A stretch of 64,000 nt of DNA from Phoronis australis (GCA_002633005.1 NMRA01000583.1:156044-220043), one strand, 5' to 3'. Counted from the stretch's first letter, positions 26,500-40,301 are shown. The notes: generated by a model from the letters alone, not told the origin. Numbers and translations are program-made.

Positions 26500-29438
26500 C
26501 GAGTTCATATAAATACACTTTCCACATTTGATGAAGATCTTGCAGAGGGTTTAAAGAGGCCTGGAACGCAAAAAACGGACTAAATTGCATTATTCAAAGA
26601 GTTTTTCTGCCACTGAAGAAGTCCAACCTATTCACAAGTTATCTTTACGGCTTGTTCGTAAAAATTTTGAATTTCTGTTGATGTGAAAGAATTTTTCTTT
26701 TAGTTTCAAATTCCAAAAACGATTACTCCTCGTCACTTATTTGATTTTTCTGACACAAGGTAAAACACGTCACCCTATTTGGTTTGGCAAGCCATAGGCG
26801 TAGCAAATTTCCCTTATATGGAAAATATTACCTTTGACCTTTAATGAAAACAAAACAATGGTGATTTGCAGCCTGATAAGGGGACAGTTGATGTACGCCT
26901 TTACTGTTTAAAATTAGTCAGTTAGTAATATCGAAATATTAAAAATGCACTTTGAATTCTTTTTGGAGAATTGTTTGCTTCACTGGTTTGCTTGATACTG
27001 TGCTGTCGACCTCAGATTCGGAGTGCGACCACACAATAATCTACCGTTAATGACCATCTTGTCAGTCAGCTGTTTGTAGAAAGACTGTGCTGGCATGCTC
27101 GAATGTATCATAAGTGTGAGGGAGATTAGAAACTCTACTGTGACTACAGACTTTTTCATTCGCGCGTATTTTCAAAATTCGTGAATTTTGGGAAGTCTTC
27201 TGAAATTCCTTCACTATAGTAGACGATGTGAGATGGTCTTTTGCCAGGAATTGTTTGAAACATATTTTGACGAGCTTTCGCGTTCGATGCTTCATTAAGA
27301 GATAGAGACGTGGATGCAAAAACTGCCACTAGGAGGCACCACAGTAGTAGGAGATGTCCGGAAATCATCATAAGCCGTGCTCCTCACACTAGGACAATAT
27401 GCCAAGATTCACCTTTAGAGTAATTTGTGCGATAAAAAGGCAGACGCCAAAACAGACTCGAAAACAATAACAATGGTCACTAAGGGGCTCGAATGCCCCC
27501 GAATCCATCCGAAAACGAGCAGGTAGCGTCATTTTACTATTATCTATCTATTTTCAAAAATTCGATGAATATCTATTAAGGAACTCAGAAGATACAGAGG
27601 TAAGCGTAAAAAAAAAAATTACTACTAGGCGCACACAGGCAGTCAGATCCGTCCACAAATACGTTCATCCCCTTCCACTAAGAAAGGATCAAAGTGGTAA
27701 ATACATAATTTCATGAACACTATAATCAAGGGTTTTGAATAGACCTCAACGGACGCCGGACTGACAGGGATGACGTCACAATGCTCCCAAACATTTCATG
27801 TATATGTAGGCGCGTAAAAACATTGTTTATGTCTGGACCCACAACTAAACACGATTATACNCATAATTAAAAGACACACGATATTTCGAAACATACTTGT
27901 TTCATTCTCAAGTGAAGATAAAATGACGCTGTAATGCCACCACAGAGTATAAGCTGACGGATACAGTAACTGACCCAGCGACATAATTAAAAGACACACG
28001 ATATTTCGAAACATAGTTTACTTGTTTCATTCTCAAGTGAAGATAAAATGACGCTGTAATGCCACCACAGAGTGTAAGCTGACGAGTTCATATAAATACA
28101 CTTTCCACATTTAATGAAGATCCTGCAGAGGGTTTAAAGTGGCTTGGAACGCAAAGAACGGACTAAATTGCATTATTCAAAGAGGTTCTCTGCCACTGAA
28201 AGAGGCCAACCTGTTCACAAGTTATCTTTACGGCTTGTTGGTAAAAATTTTGAATTTCTGATTATGTGAAAGAAATTTTCTTTTAGTTTCAAATTTCAAA
28301 AACGATTACTCCTTGTCACTTATTTGATTTTTCTGACACAAGGTCAAACACGTCACCCTATTTGGTTTGGCAAGCCATAGGCGTAGCAAATTTCCTTTAT
28401 ATGGAAAATATTACCTTTGCTCTTTAATGCTAACAAAACAATGGTGACTTCCAGCCTGATAAGGGGACAGTTGATGTACGCCTGTTTAAAATTAGTCAGT
28501 TAGTAATATCGAAATATTAAATATGCACTTCGAATTCTTTTTGTAGAATTGTTTGCTTCACTGGTTTGCTTGATACTGGGCTGTCGACCTCAGATTCGGA
28601 GTGCGACCACACAATAATCTACCGTTAATGGCCATCTTGTCAGTCAGCTGTTTGTAGAAAGACTGTGCTGGTATGCTCGAATGTATCATAAGTGTGAGGG
28701 AGATTAGAAACTCTACTGTGACTACATAGTTTTTCATTCGCGCGTATTTTCAAAATTCGTGAATTTTGGGAAGTCTTCTGAAATTCCTTCACTATAGTAG
28801 ACGTTGTGAGATGGTCTTTTGCCAGGAATTGTTTGAAACATATTTTGACGAGCTTTGGCGTTCGATGCTTCATTAAGAGATAGAGACGTCGATGGAAAAA
28901 CTGCCACTAGGAGGCACCACAGTAGTAGGAGATGTCCGGAAATCATCATAAGCCGTGCTCCTCACACTAGGACAATATGCCAAGATTCACCTTTAGAGTA
29001 ATTTGTGCGATAAAAAGGCAGACGCCAAAACAGACTCGAAAACAATAACAATGGTCACTAAGGGGCTCGAATGCCCCCGAATCCATCCGAAAACGAGCAG
29101 GTAGCGTCATTTTACTATTATCTATCTATTTTCAAAAATTCGATGAATATCTATTAAGGAACTCAGAAGATACAGAGGTAAGCGTAAAAAAAAAAATTAC
29201 TACTAGGCGCACACAGGCAGTCAGATCCGTCCACAAATACGTTCATCCCCTTCCACTAAGAAAGGATCAAAGTGGTAAATACATAATTTCATGAACACTA
29301 TAATCAAGGGTTTTGAATAGACCTCAACGGACGCCGGACTGACAGGGATGACGTCACAATGCTCCCAAACATTTCATGTATATGTAGGCGCGTAAAAACA
29401 TTGTTTATGTCTGGACCCACAACTAAACACGATTATAC
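26500..29438. repeat. 1.36-kb direct duplication (26500-27860 vs 28083-29438) around a single-N join
   Basis: Copies visibly align. The spacer 27862-28084 itself holds two ~100-bp copies. Confidence 0.92.
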
Positions 29439-32400
29439 ACATGTACTCAAAAAAGTTGCATAAAATGAAAACGAAACAATTATTTAAAACACTGTAATAT
29501 CGCTTTTAATTAGAGATTACATTATGAACATTCAAATCTACAAAAAATTTGTCATAGTGTAATTGATACTGTTGTTTTGACGGGTATACCTATCTTTTTG
29601 ATATGGTCACGTGACACAATTATTGCAGATTGATATAAAGTCAAAAGTCAAATTCTACAAGCTTCTGCTTTCAGAAATCACACACTTTTACTGAATTAAA
29701 AATCTATTGTTCAGTAGATATACGGCTAATTACACCGACAAGTCGGCGAAGTCCTACAAAACCTTACCCGGTGAGACCCAGTTAGCTGTTTACGCCAGCG
29801 CTTTGCCGTAAGAATTTTATGGGCATCAAAGCTGAAAGTTTCTAGTGTGTTCTCTTGTATGTGCACGTANCGGGGTGCGGACAAAATTCGCTTTTTATAT
29901 TGCAATCTTTTCAATGTAAATTTTGTACCATGTTCGGAATTCGATATTGGTATTTCCTTCAAATAATCGGGACTAACATTTAAGAGGTCAGGTTTACCTC
30001 CTTTAGCTCCTCGGATACTCGAAAGACAGCGATGGGGGTTTGGAAATTTGCGGGAAGTGCTGTTTTTGTCCGTGAAAAAGTCCCAGCAACCCTCTCAATG
30101 TCATTGGCATCGCAGAACTTTAGATTACCCCCTGGTTATGCTTGTCATTTGGCAATTCAAATGAACAAAATATCAGTTGAAGCTATATACAGTCGATGAG
30201 TTGACGTGCGTACACAAACAGAACAAAAACGGTCACAACAACTCATGACGGTGCTCCCAAGCGATCTGATAAGTGCGCATGTGCATTGTTGTTTAGCAAT
30301 GAAAGCGAGTGCCTATCCACAACATTTGTGTAACACGGTCTAGTGCAATCAAGCATATTGACTCAATGTATGAGCAAAGGGTATTACCAATAAAAATATT
30401 ATTGTCGAACCACATAAAAACCAATGCACTTCTGACATTGTGCTTGCTTTCCGGTAACAATGCCGTTAAAAATAGACACCTACATGCGCACCGGTCAGTG
30501 TTGGAAGGTTGACTCAGCAACGAGGATTGTGGACTCGCAGCGGTGTCACTCGGTTATTGTAGGTAGTGTTGAAATGCTACCAATCAAGGAGAACCCATTG
30601 TGATAAATACTGTAAGTGTGAGGGACACTTTTTCGTATTGTAATCATATAATCACACAGTGCTGGCCAATGTCGCACTCGTGTTCATCGACATTGCACGG
30701 AACACTGATATATATGGCGCCACACAGTCGTAACGCGTTCCCTCCCGATCTAGTTTAAATATCACTTGACCTAAATGAAATAGAGTATGCGATTGAAACC
30801 GATAGGGACTCAGCAGTCGTGTGGATAAATCTTCAACGCCATTCAAATAGGATAACACCTTAAGGGGTGCCTGATGAGACAACACCCCAATAACATATAC
30901 ACATAAGAGGGTTACGATGGCTTGCGAATACCACCTCAACAGCAGTTCAATTGCACGTGTTCTTCGTACGGTTTTCAAACTTATTCTATTTTTCTCTTAT
31001 TTCAGGAAGGTCATGCATTTCTTTGGTCCACCCATACTATCAATTACAATTCAAACCAGTTGTGGGCCATAGTTAATTGACTGTGTGTCGTGGTCTCCTA
31101 GACGAGATAGAGATCGAGAAAAAGGTCTACCGGCCCTATTCATATTTAATGATTCGTTGATTCACATAATATTATACTTGTCTTTATAGTAAAGCTTAGT
31201 GCTCACACATGTTGACAATGATGTCACTATCATCAATAAAATATCATACAACCTTTTGTCAGGACCACTCTCCCCAAGTGTATTTTACTCACATTGTATG
31301 AGTATTTTAAAAAGCCCTAAGGGTGAAAAACTGCTTTATTTTCCCATCAAAGCAGGACCAGAAACTACTAGCCTGGGCCCATTTGCATGCCATATACCAG
31401 CAGTTGAAGGTTCTCACCGTGTAAGGTCTGACTGTACCTTGTTTGTCATATATAATATTAGCAAGGTATAAAAACTAGCACTGAAGTCAGACAATGTTAT
31501 TGCATGGTACAGTGCATCATTGATAACCTCGGGAACACATTGTTGATTGTGTATGCTCACCTACACTATAATCAAGTTCACCTCCACCTAGACAGTGTAC
31601 GAAGACACTGAGCAGTCACAAGGTATATGGCCTGTTACATACCTAGCAATTATATTATCGAACAAGAATACCGTTTACATTAACTTACCTTAAAAAGGAC
31701 ACAAATCAGAGTCGACAGTCGGTAGGCTTATGTAGGTCACGGCTCACCTTTGTACCTGAATGAAGATTGATTGACTGTTTCGCAATTCTCGTGCGATAAG
31801 CCTTAGCCCATGGATACTGCACACAAAGAATAAAGAACACCACAACCGAGTTACTATTTACGCACTGGCTTTATTCAAACAAAATATAGTTCAACTTACA
31901 GCTTAGGAACAGCGGTTACATTGCGTGCATGTTAATTGTGTGTGAATTTTGTGGCCGGATTGCGAAACAGTACGATGTTCTGATGCCTGACTAGCGGAAA
32001 GCCGCAAGAATTTTTTCTGTAGTAATGCTAAAGCCCCCCCCCCCCCCNNNNNNNNGCTAAAGCCCCCCCCCCCCTCGGCCCCCCTGTGGTGCGCCGCCCA
32101 TGATGCACAGTACGGCACAAAGTCTTTCAATTCCATGGGTGTTATGGGCGTGTGCCTGTGCACGACTGCCGGCTAACGCGTGATACAGGATTGCGTAGTG
32201 GTGAATAATCCCACCCGTGGAAAAACCGATGAGCGAGTTACGTGAGGAAGCAGATGAAATTCGAAATTACACCAAGAATCCAAGCTATGAGTACAAAGAA
32301 ATTTCTTAATGTTCTTGGTAAGCCTTAAAAAGAAGACCCAGAAGTTCCTGCCTTCTTGAGGGCGTACGCTTTACTGACGGGAAAGCATCTTACACTCACG

Positions 32401-33937
32401 AAAAGATAAAATCAGTGGTCCTAGATGATACTTTGTGTGGTGTGACTAAACGTATCATATGGGTATCAACACTTCTGCAAGAGCATTTCTCCAAAATGCC
32501 TCCGATTTTTAAAACACAAACATCTGCCACTCAGCCGAGCGTACTTAGTGTTGTCGCGTGATTTTGGTTCATCATATATTTTTAAATATAGATCTTTATT
32601 GATTGTTGTGTGCTTTATAAATATTATTTTCCTTTTTAAATTTTGTAGGTTGGACGCGTTAGGACGGAATTCCCTGTTGTTTGTTTTTGGACTCCTTCTT
32701 TAGCTTGCCGAGAAATCATAGCGTTGTACTGTTGTCTATTTGTAGCCTGTTTGTTTTTAGCCATCTCAGGAGTTTGTCCTTGGATGACCATCTGTCACTT
32801 AGCGTACTTAGTGTTCAGTTGTCCTGTGATTTCGGTTCATCATTTTTTTGGAGTAAATCTGTATTGATTATGGTTAATACATATATAAACATGGGTGGCT
32901 GCAAGCTCCCCAGCTCCCCTGTGGTGCACCGCCTATAGATCATGGGCCGGCGCAGCACTGAAAAAAACTGGGGGGCTACAGCACCCCCCTCCCCAGCCCT
33001 CTATCCGGATGCTCCACACATGAATAAACCCACTGTTGCTGACTGCGTAATCAAAACGTAGACCCTACTCATTCGCACCACCGGATACTGCTCAAGTGAC
33101 ACTTTCTCCGTCTTTTCCGTATTTTTAGATGATGGCGTAAAACAGTGACGACACATCCTCACATGCAAAAAACGACGACCCATTGACCTTTGGCTGACCG
33201 GAGGCGTGACCTCTTTCCAGGAGCCTCACAGGAATCCTCAATATAATAACTGCCAAGGCCCTACTGTATATTACTACTCACGCAGCATGCATGGGCGTGG
33301 CCATGCTACTTTTCATTGTCACCACACGGAAGTTCTGGTCCGCACACCAGCAAATTATCAACTTATTATATTTTTACGGTTGGCTATTTTGACGAAAAAT
33401 CACCTTAACGTGGCTATTTTTTGGCCGTCAGGATGGCCACGAAGGTACATTGTGGTCAATGACACCTCCCAATTTACTTACATTCTATTAATTTCTATCT
33501 GCACTCTGAACCCAGACTAAGTGCAGTCGACTTCGTGTAACTTACAGTCAAGTAAGTTACACGAAGCTATTTGAATTCGCATGTTAAAAAGGCTCTAGAG
33601 TAGAGATTACCGTCTGTTTTTTGTTTGGATGTTATTCTCCACACAGTCAATTATTTAACTGTTAGTATCGTACTGGCAGTGTTACACGGAGACAAACGTG
33701 TAAAATGTGTTGGATAAAAGTTTTCGTCAGTGCTGCAGATTTCTGTACTGCAAACTAGCTTGTAAATTTGCAGAGCCGGTGAGCTTATGGAGTTGAGACC
33801 GTTACCGGGTGGACATCACCGTTGAAAAATTTAAAATTAAAGAAAATTGTGTTGTTCAGGTGACCACTCTATGTCCTTGAATAACAATCTTCCTATCCCC
33901 CTGGTAAGTAATACACTGGATTTGGCATGTAAAAGCA

Positions 33938-34470
33938 TTGGAATCGAGGGATGTGAGTGATATATGAAATTATTTTACTTGATTCCACGTGAAAACCCGG
34001 GCCAGTACTTGCCAAGTTGACTACTGGGCACCGAGTCTTCTATTTTCTGCTTGTCGCTGAAACAGGATACCAAGTGCTATTTTCGTTACTGCAATTATGT
34101 TTTAAATTGCCGTTGATGTATTCAAATTTATTTCGACATTCTTCATGTTTTATTTTGTAAAACTGTCGTTGATACTGACCGACTCCAGTTTTGTTGTTCT
34201 AGAGAAGCGGATACATGTACGTGGCAGGTTCTAAATGATCTGATCAGTCGAAGCCATGCTTTCAAATTCTGCTAGCCTATTTTCAGGATCCTGGTAGCTA
34301 TTCCTTGGGTATAATGGGTCACATAGTTTGTTGTACACTATGAACACATTATGAACAATTAACACTTGTAATTATTATTGTTTGAAACTGAAAAGTTTGG
34401 CCAACTTAGGACTATGATTGATGTATTCTATAGTTTAAGTTTTGTTGTTTTCACTTTCATTTTTGGCATG
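33938..34470 (+). repeat. Dispersed repeat; inverted copy at about 62480-62945
   Basis: e.g. TTTGAAACTGAAAAGTTTGGCCAACTTAGGA (34381) is the reverse complement of about 62520-62550; GGGATGTGAGTGAT matches about 62920. Confidence 0.8.
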
Positions 34471-35683
34471 TTAGCAGTTTGCAGTTGAGCTACAGGTTTT
34501 CGTCTTGACTTTTTCCAATTTCTTTGGAATTAGTTCTTTGTTGGAATTAAATGTGTATATATTTCAGTCTTTCTGGTTAATCTCTGGATTGGTTTTCCCA
34601 ATTTTTTATAATTCTGTATCATAATTATCAGACCTGAAAGTAATTTTATAGGTCTCGTTTTCAAATGTTTCTCTTTATTTCTTCACTTGTTTATTTTGTT
34701 AGGAAAATCTACATCTTGAAGATTGTACAGCAGTGTGCTGGGTCAATCATTTGAAATAAAAATTTTCACAATTCAAGTGGTACATGGAGCGTTCACAGCT
34801 TGTTCGAGTGTACAAAATGTACGCTTTCCTAACACATGGCTTGAACTGTAATGTCATGCCAGCAGCAAGACTCCGGATGAAAGGTGGGTACGATAATGAA
34901 ATTGGCGATAACTTTGAGCAGTCTCTAAGTAGACATTTGCACTCCAAAATGCTTTGACATCAACAGAAATTCAAAATCTTTACAAACAAACCCTAAGAAT
35001 ACCTGGTGAACAGTTTAACCTCGTTTAGTCTTTTTTGCATTTTTTGCCACTTTCAAATAATATTCCACAGTTTGGACAATAACAAAAATTCTGTTAAATG
35101 CTGTAAAATTGGTAAATTTATATACTTACAAAGCATGTCAATAAATAGTTACTTGAAAATTTAGACAGATTTTGTGTCAGTTTTATACGACTAGTTTTGT
35201 TGCGTCTGTTGCCTCTTCTTGTTTTCTTATCTATATATCACACCTATACACTTTGTATTTATGTACAGTATCTGCATTATGATTTGAAATAATAAAAATA
35301 CATGTAAAGTTGCTGAATGTACTGTATATTGTAAATGTATGAGCACTCGCTCTACTACAGTAGTATCCAGGTTGCACAACAGCCTCCTTTTTTAACTTTT
35401 ACCATAGGTCAGACTGTGCCTATGGAAAACGTTTATGGTACCCCCCCATGTTTGATGACTAGCTTGTAGACGAGAATTTGCCAACATCCACTCCCATTGG
35501 TGAGAAAGTCAGCAACTCAGATGCTATGGTATGTGCATTGTGACCAGTAAAAAATCAGAACATAGATACACTATGCTTGGGAGCTGTCCACCTTATCATA
35601 GGCAAAATGCGGCCATTGAAAAAGTTTTTGTTCAGCCAGGCTTTACTGTTCAATTATGGCATTAAATTCCTAAATAGCTAGGC

Positions 35684-36016
35684 TTACGGTGAATATTTTG
35701 CAACTGGTTGCATGCGGTTACCTCTTAGGCTGATCTAGCTCATTTTATTACCCTTTTAGATAATCTTCCGTCAGAAGCATGCCATCATTGAAATTGTCAG
35801 GCATATAACTATGCAGTGATGCTGAACATCTCGCAATTAGTTTCGAAAGGATACCTGGTGGGTTGATCAACTCGGATATTTGGGCGTGTCCGGCGGGACT
35901 AACCCACCACTAGATTTGTCTGGCATTATTTATCCGTGATACCTGAGATTACGGTGAATATTTTGCAACTGGTTTCATGCGGTTACCTCTTGGATTAATC
36001 TAGATCAATTTTTACC
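35684..36016. repeat. Pair of ~68-bp direct repeats (35684-35750, 35949-36016)
   Basis: TTACGGTGAATATTTTGCAACTGGTT(G/T)CATGCGGTTACCTCTT present twice. Confidence 0.8.
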
Positions 36017-36250
36017 CTGCTTAAAACTGTCTGGCTGAAATTGCCTGACAGTAACCAATTTTGATACAGTGAATTACGTAGTAGGTATCGAAGGCAGTTT
36101 CAAGGGTTACCAGACAAGTTGATCTGGCGCAATTTTGAATGCTATTCTCTTGGCTCCCCTGACCACACCGAACTTGCCAGACAGTCATTTTCAAGCATGA
36201 GGTACCCATAGAGCACTGTGGCACCAACGAAAATTGGTCACCTTTTCATG

Positions 36251-37055
36251 GGATTGTTTTAAAAACCCCTCGACCCCCACACCCCACGACCCCCTCGACC
36301 CATGGCTCACGACCCCCTCGACCCACGAATCACAACCCCCTCGACCCAGTCTACACAAGCTCGACTCCATCTGAACACAGAACAAGCGCTGGACCAAGGA
36401 GTTGGGCCTTGAACTCGGCTGGCATTCCGAGTCGATTCGGCAAGTTGGAAAGCCAAAAACAGAAAAAAAAAACAACGCGACCAAATCAAATCAAAGACCT
36501 ACCAACGTTACAAACATCGTTCCTGGCAGAGTGTAATCGTTTCTTCTGCTCTTCAGTAAATTGCAGATTCAGCTCTTTTGCGGAAAATGCGAGGAACCGA
36601 AAAAACTGTAATTTCACCAGAAAATACAGTTTGGAAAAACAAACTGTTAATTAAAAAGTATTTCAACGTTATATGAAGTATATTGTAAACGAGTACACAA
36701 CATAAAGCAAATAATAAAAATATGAAATTATGTACATTTATGTTAACGTACTCTCTCCCTAAGTTTAATAGAACTGGGCTGTTGGTGGAACTATTCCCGT
36801 GACAACGATAGCGCGCTCACAATGCGCTATTCAAGACCACGTTCTCACGTCACTTTCTGTTTTTAATCACCAGACTTGAGCCAGAGCAGACCCACGTGTA
36901 GGTATGTCTTACGGGAAAGTCACTCAGCGACGTAACAAGAATGTGAAACATGTAAAAAGCGAACAAATACCTCTATTCTACAGGTCGTGGGTCGAAGGGG
37001 TCGTGGGTCGAGGGGTGTGGGGGTTGAGGGGGTCGAGGGACTTCTAGAACAATCC
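36251..37055. mobile_element. MULE-like non-autonomous element
   Basis: TIRs GGATTGTT(T/C)TA(A/G)AA..CCCTCGACCCC with CGACCCC subterminal arrays; 9-bp flanks CTTTTCATG / ATTTTCATG (1 mismatch). Confidence 0.75.
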
Positions 37056-39090
37056 ATTTTCATGCCCAAAAGTCTAGGATCACGGTATGTCCTTTTTCCT
37101 ACGGTTCAGGATTACTTGTGGACCCAGAACTAAGAACTAAACGAGGCAGGGTTCGTGACAAGGTTGGTGAACGGCAACATCTATTTACATTGTAAGGTGT
37201 TACAACTGTCAGCGGTATTGTGACCTTCTTTGTTTTCATCTAACCTTTAGTGATGAAAACTTGAAAGAAGACCATCAGTGCTTGTGTGAGCACGATATTC
37301 TATGTAAGTTATGTTGAATTATTCAACGCTTCGTTTTATGACCATTTCACAGTCAATCTATGGCTCATGCACAATACAACCAAAGGTATTTTTACTGGCC
37401 ACTTAACTGCTTCCCAAAAGACTGCTCATTTGAGAACGCTTTACTACAGTGAATTCTTTGCAGTGGCGCATTTTTAATCCGAACAAAATTAATAAATTTC
37501 TAAAACAAAAACATTATATAAGTGCGTTTGGCATAGACACTGCCCATAATTCGAGCTTAAATACACTTTAATAATTTTCTCAGTACATGAACCCTGAATA
37601 CCAAACTGTTTGGAGTAACTATACGCTGCCATGTGCAAGCAGACGACAAAATCAATATGCACTACAGTTTGAATTTTGCAATTGCACGATCTGTAGCATT
37701 GCCAAAAGTACTCACGAAACCAATAGTTCTACTATTGGAAGACTGAACATCGTTTCAATGCCAAAATTATTTTATTTAGTTGTACCAGACAGCAAAATAT
37801 ATGCACAAATTTCCCGTCATAAAACACTAACCGGAAGCTGAGATTGATAATTCAGGAGAGTGGCTCCCCCTCTGGGATATACCAATGTCTGAGTTGCGAA
37901 TGTGTGGTCCATAATACCGTATGAAGTCATGAGCACATACGCGGTAAAGCAATTCTGATGCAGTCAACGCGCGCCTGCACGCTGTAACATAATGATGTCA
38001 ACGCTTAAAAAAAATCAAGATTTCTAAACATGACTTCAAAATTTCGGAACATTCTGGTTTGTTGTAAGTATGCCGGTGCTTTGTATTTGGAGAAAGACAA
38101 TTATATTTTCGCAAGAAATTCTGTAAATCTGTAGTCATACAGCAAGAACGAAAACAACATGATGCATCAAGTTACCGTATAAAAAACAACTCTTCTACCG
38201 CTATGGCTGGTGGATGTTAGGATTCAAAGCCAGCTAAATTTTTACGTGAAAGCGAAATTAAACGTCAACCGAATAACTGAGCTCAGGGTGTCCAGTTATC
38301 GTAGTATATATCCGCTAGATTACAAACTACCTACAAATCTCTCTGCGAATGCAACTTCTTTTATTTTCATTCAAATAACATCTGACACAAATCAGTCATT
38401 TCAATTTAGTCAAATTGTTTAGTTAATTTTGCGATGAGATTCAACATGTTGCGTTCTTTAGCTAAGCTCTCCTCCCTTTCTTCTCCATTTCAAGCCTCTC
38501 TTCCCTTTCCTTCTTCCCTATTTCAAACTTTTCCCTTTTCAGTGTTATTTCTTGCCCTCGTATTTTCAGCTCTGCATCACGTTTATTTGAGGAAGTTGGA
38601 CAATCGGTACATGTGCTTTTTAAAGAATCTTGAATGAAATATGTTTAGTATAATTGTAGTGTATTTTAATGTATTCTATTCTGCTACAGGTATGCAAGAT
38701 GGGAATTTATGTTGAATGTGGAAAAAATCATTTCTACAAACTCTTAGGAAAAAAATGGTCAATTCTTATAATGCGTAATTTATTTGCAGTTTGACATAAA
38801 CAGATGCAAGTAAATTAAGGACGTAAAAAATTAGCAATGAACATGAAATCATATCTGTTAATAATCCATTCTAGTTGGATGATATCCAGCAAACCCTGAA
38901 ATAATAAAGATTTTCTAAAAAGGCCTTGTTTCAGCAGGAATTTAAGAACATTTATCCACAAAAATCACGCAAATTTTATACTAAATCAAAGACGAAAGAT
39001 TGAGAACCCTATCAAAATAAAAATAGTTTCGATGTCTAGCCAAATAAGAATTAAAAAGGTGCCACAAGTTTCGAGTTTAAAGCTACGTGA

Positions 39091-39819
39091 AGGCCCAGTC
39101 ATACATCCGATTACGCACGAATCACTCATGAATCACGCACAGATTTTCGCTTATGCCTGAAGCTTGCGTCGTATTCGTAATTGGTCGGTGGAACCAACGT
39201 GGAGCATCAGTGAATGTAAGTGGATGTGCGTCGAGGGGGTTTGTGCGCGATTTTGAGTTTTGAACGGTTCAAAAATTTTCCAACGCACAACTCTGCGTCG
39301 GCGGGTGTGCGTAATTCGTGAGTTGACGTGCGTAGTTTATGCGTCGAGTATGCGTGATTATGCGCTGGACACGCGTTTGCCATCAGTGCTTATGCGGCAG
39401 AACTGGTTCGAAATCACGCACGTCCACGTCCGTCCACTGACGCCCCACCTTCATATCACGCATGAAATACGCATATATGACGTTCATTCCACTGACATCC
39501 ACTGACAATCACTTACAAAAGTGTTTGAACGTGATCCGTCAGTGATTCATGCGTGAGGCATGCGTCGAAGGTTCGTGGAATACCATATCATTTTGGCTTG
39601 TACATGTATGCGTCGATATGCGCGATATGTCAGTGATTCATCAGTGATTGTAAGTGATATGTGCGTGGGCCATAGGTGATTCGTCAGTTATTTGTCAGTG
39701 ATTTCTAACCTCTACACCCGGAAAATTTGGTCAATTTCTCGACGATCAAAACACGCACAAATTGAATTTGTGCGTGTTGTATGAGTGATTCATGCGTGAT
39801 CGGCTGTATGACTGGGCCT
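39091..39819. mobile_element. Non-autonomous Harbinger MITE (729 bp)
   Basis: About 39-bp TIRs AGGCCCAGTCATACA-CCGAT-ACGCA-GAATCACTCAT; 3-bp TSD TGA at 39088-39090 and 39820-39822; right end shared with the element at 52050-52344. Confidence 0.92.
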
Positions 39820-40244
39820 TGAATCTCCCTGTATTCGCGTAAATACGCAAACACTAACGGGATTACGTCAAATCCAGCAATGGCATGTATGGCGCGGAAA
39901 GTATATTTCCGTGATAATTCAAGTTCGCGTCCCTTTGGGAAACCTATGTATTATTTCTTTCACACAAATCAGGTGATTTTAAAGGTCTATTTTATCCAAT
40001 GTACAGCGATTGTCCTGATTCGGTAACGGGAAATAGGAACGGAAAGTAGTCAGCCGATATCTGAGCGACCGAACAATTTCAAGGAATCACTTCGTCAGTG
40101 TTTAAATACCGCCCATCAAAAATTAGACTTGTCCATCTGTTTGTGAATATTGTGATACGCGTACACTTCCTGTATATCAAGGAGATCAGGACATACATCC
40201 CTCTAATTGCTTCAGGAAAAATAAACTGATATTTTAAATTTCAG

Positions 40245-40301
40245 ATTTTGCCATTCTTTGTTCAAACCAATCTTACGCCTTGACCAATGATTCTGGAGTA
40301 C
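40245..40301 (+). CDS. TSP1 gene exon: probable signal-peptide end (xFAILCSNQSYALTNDSGV)
   Basis: 57 nt, atttcag acceptor, gtaagt donor, phase 1/1; joins in frame to the TSP1 exon as ..DSGVLHSMWGQW. Confidence 0.7.

Noticed and set aside
32034-32073. Poly-C tracts flanking an N run (G-quadruplex-like)
   Set aside because: The same GCTAAAGCCCC sequence lies on both sides of the gap, so it is a scaffolding overlap within a mini-MITE
33860-33903. Exon-like block with good cag/gtaagt sites
   Set aside because: 44 nt, phase-incompatible with the TSP1 gene, and adjacent to a dispersed repeat; probably transposon-internal
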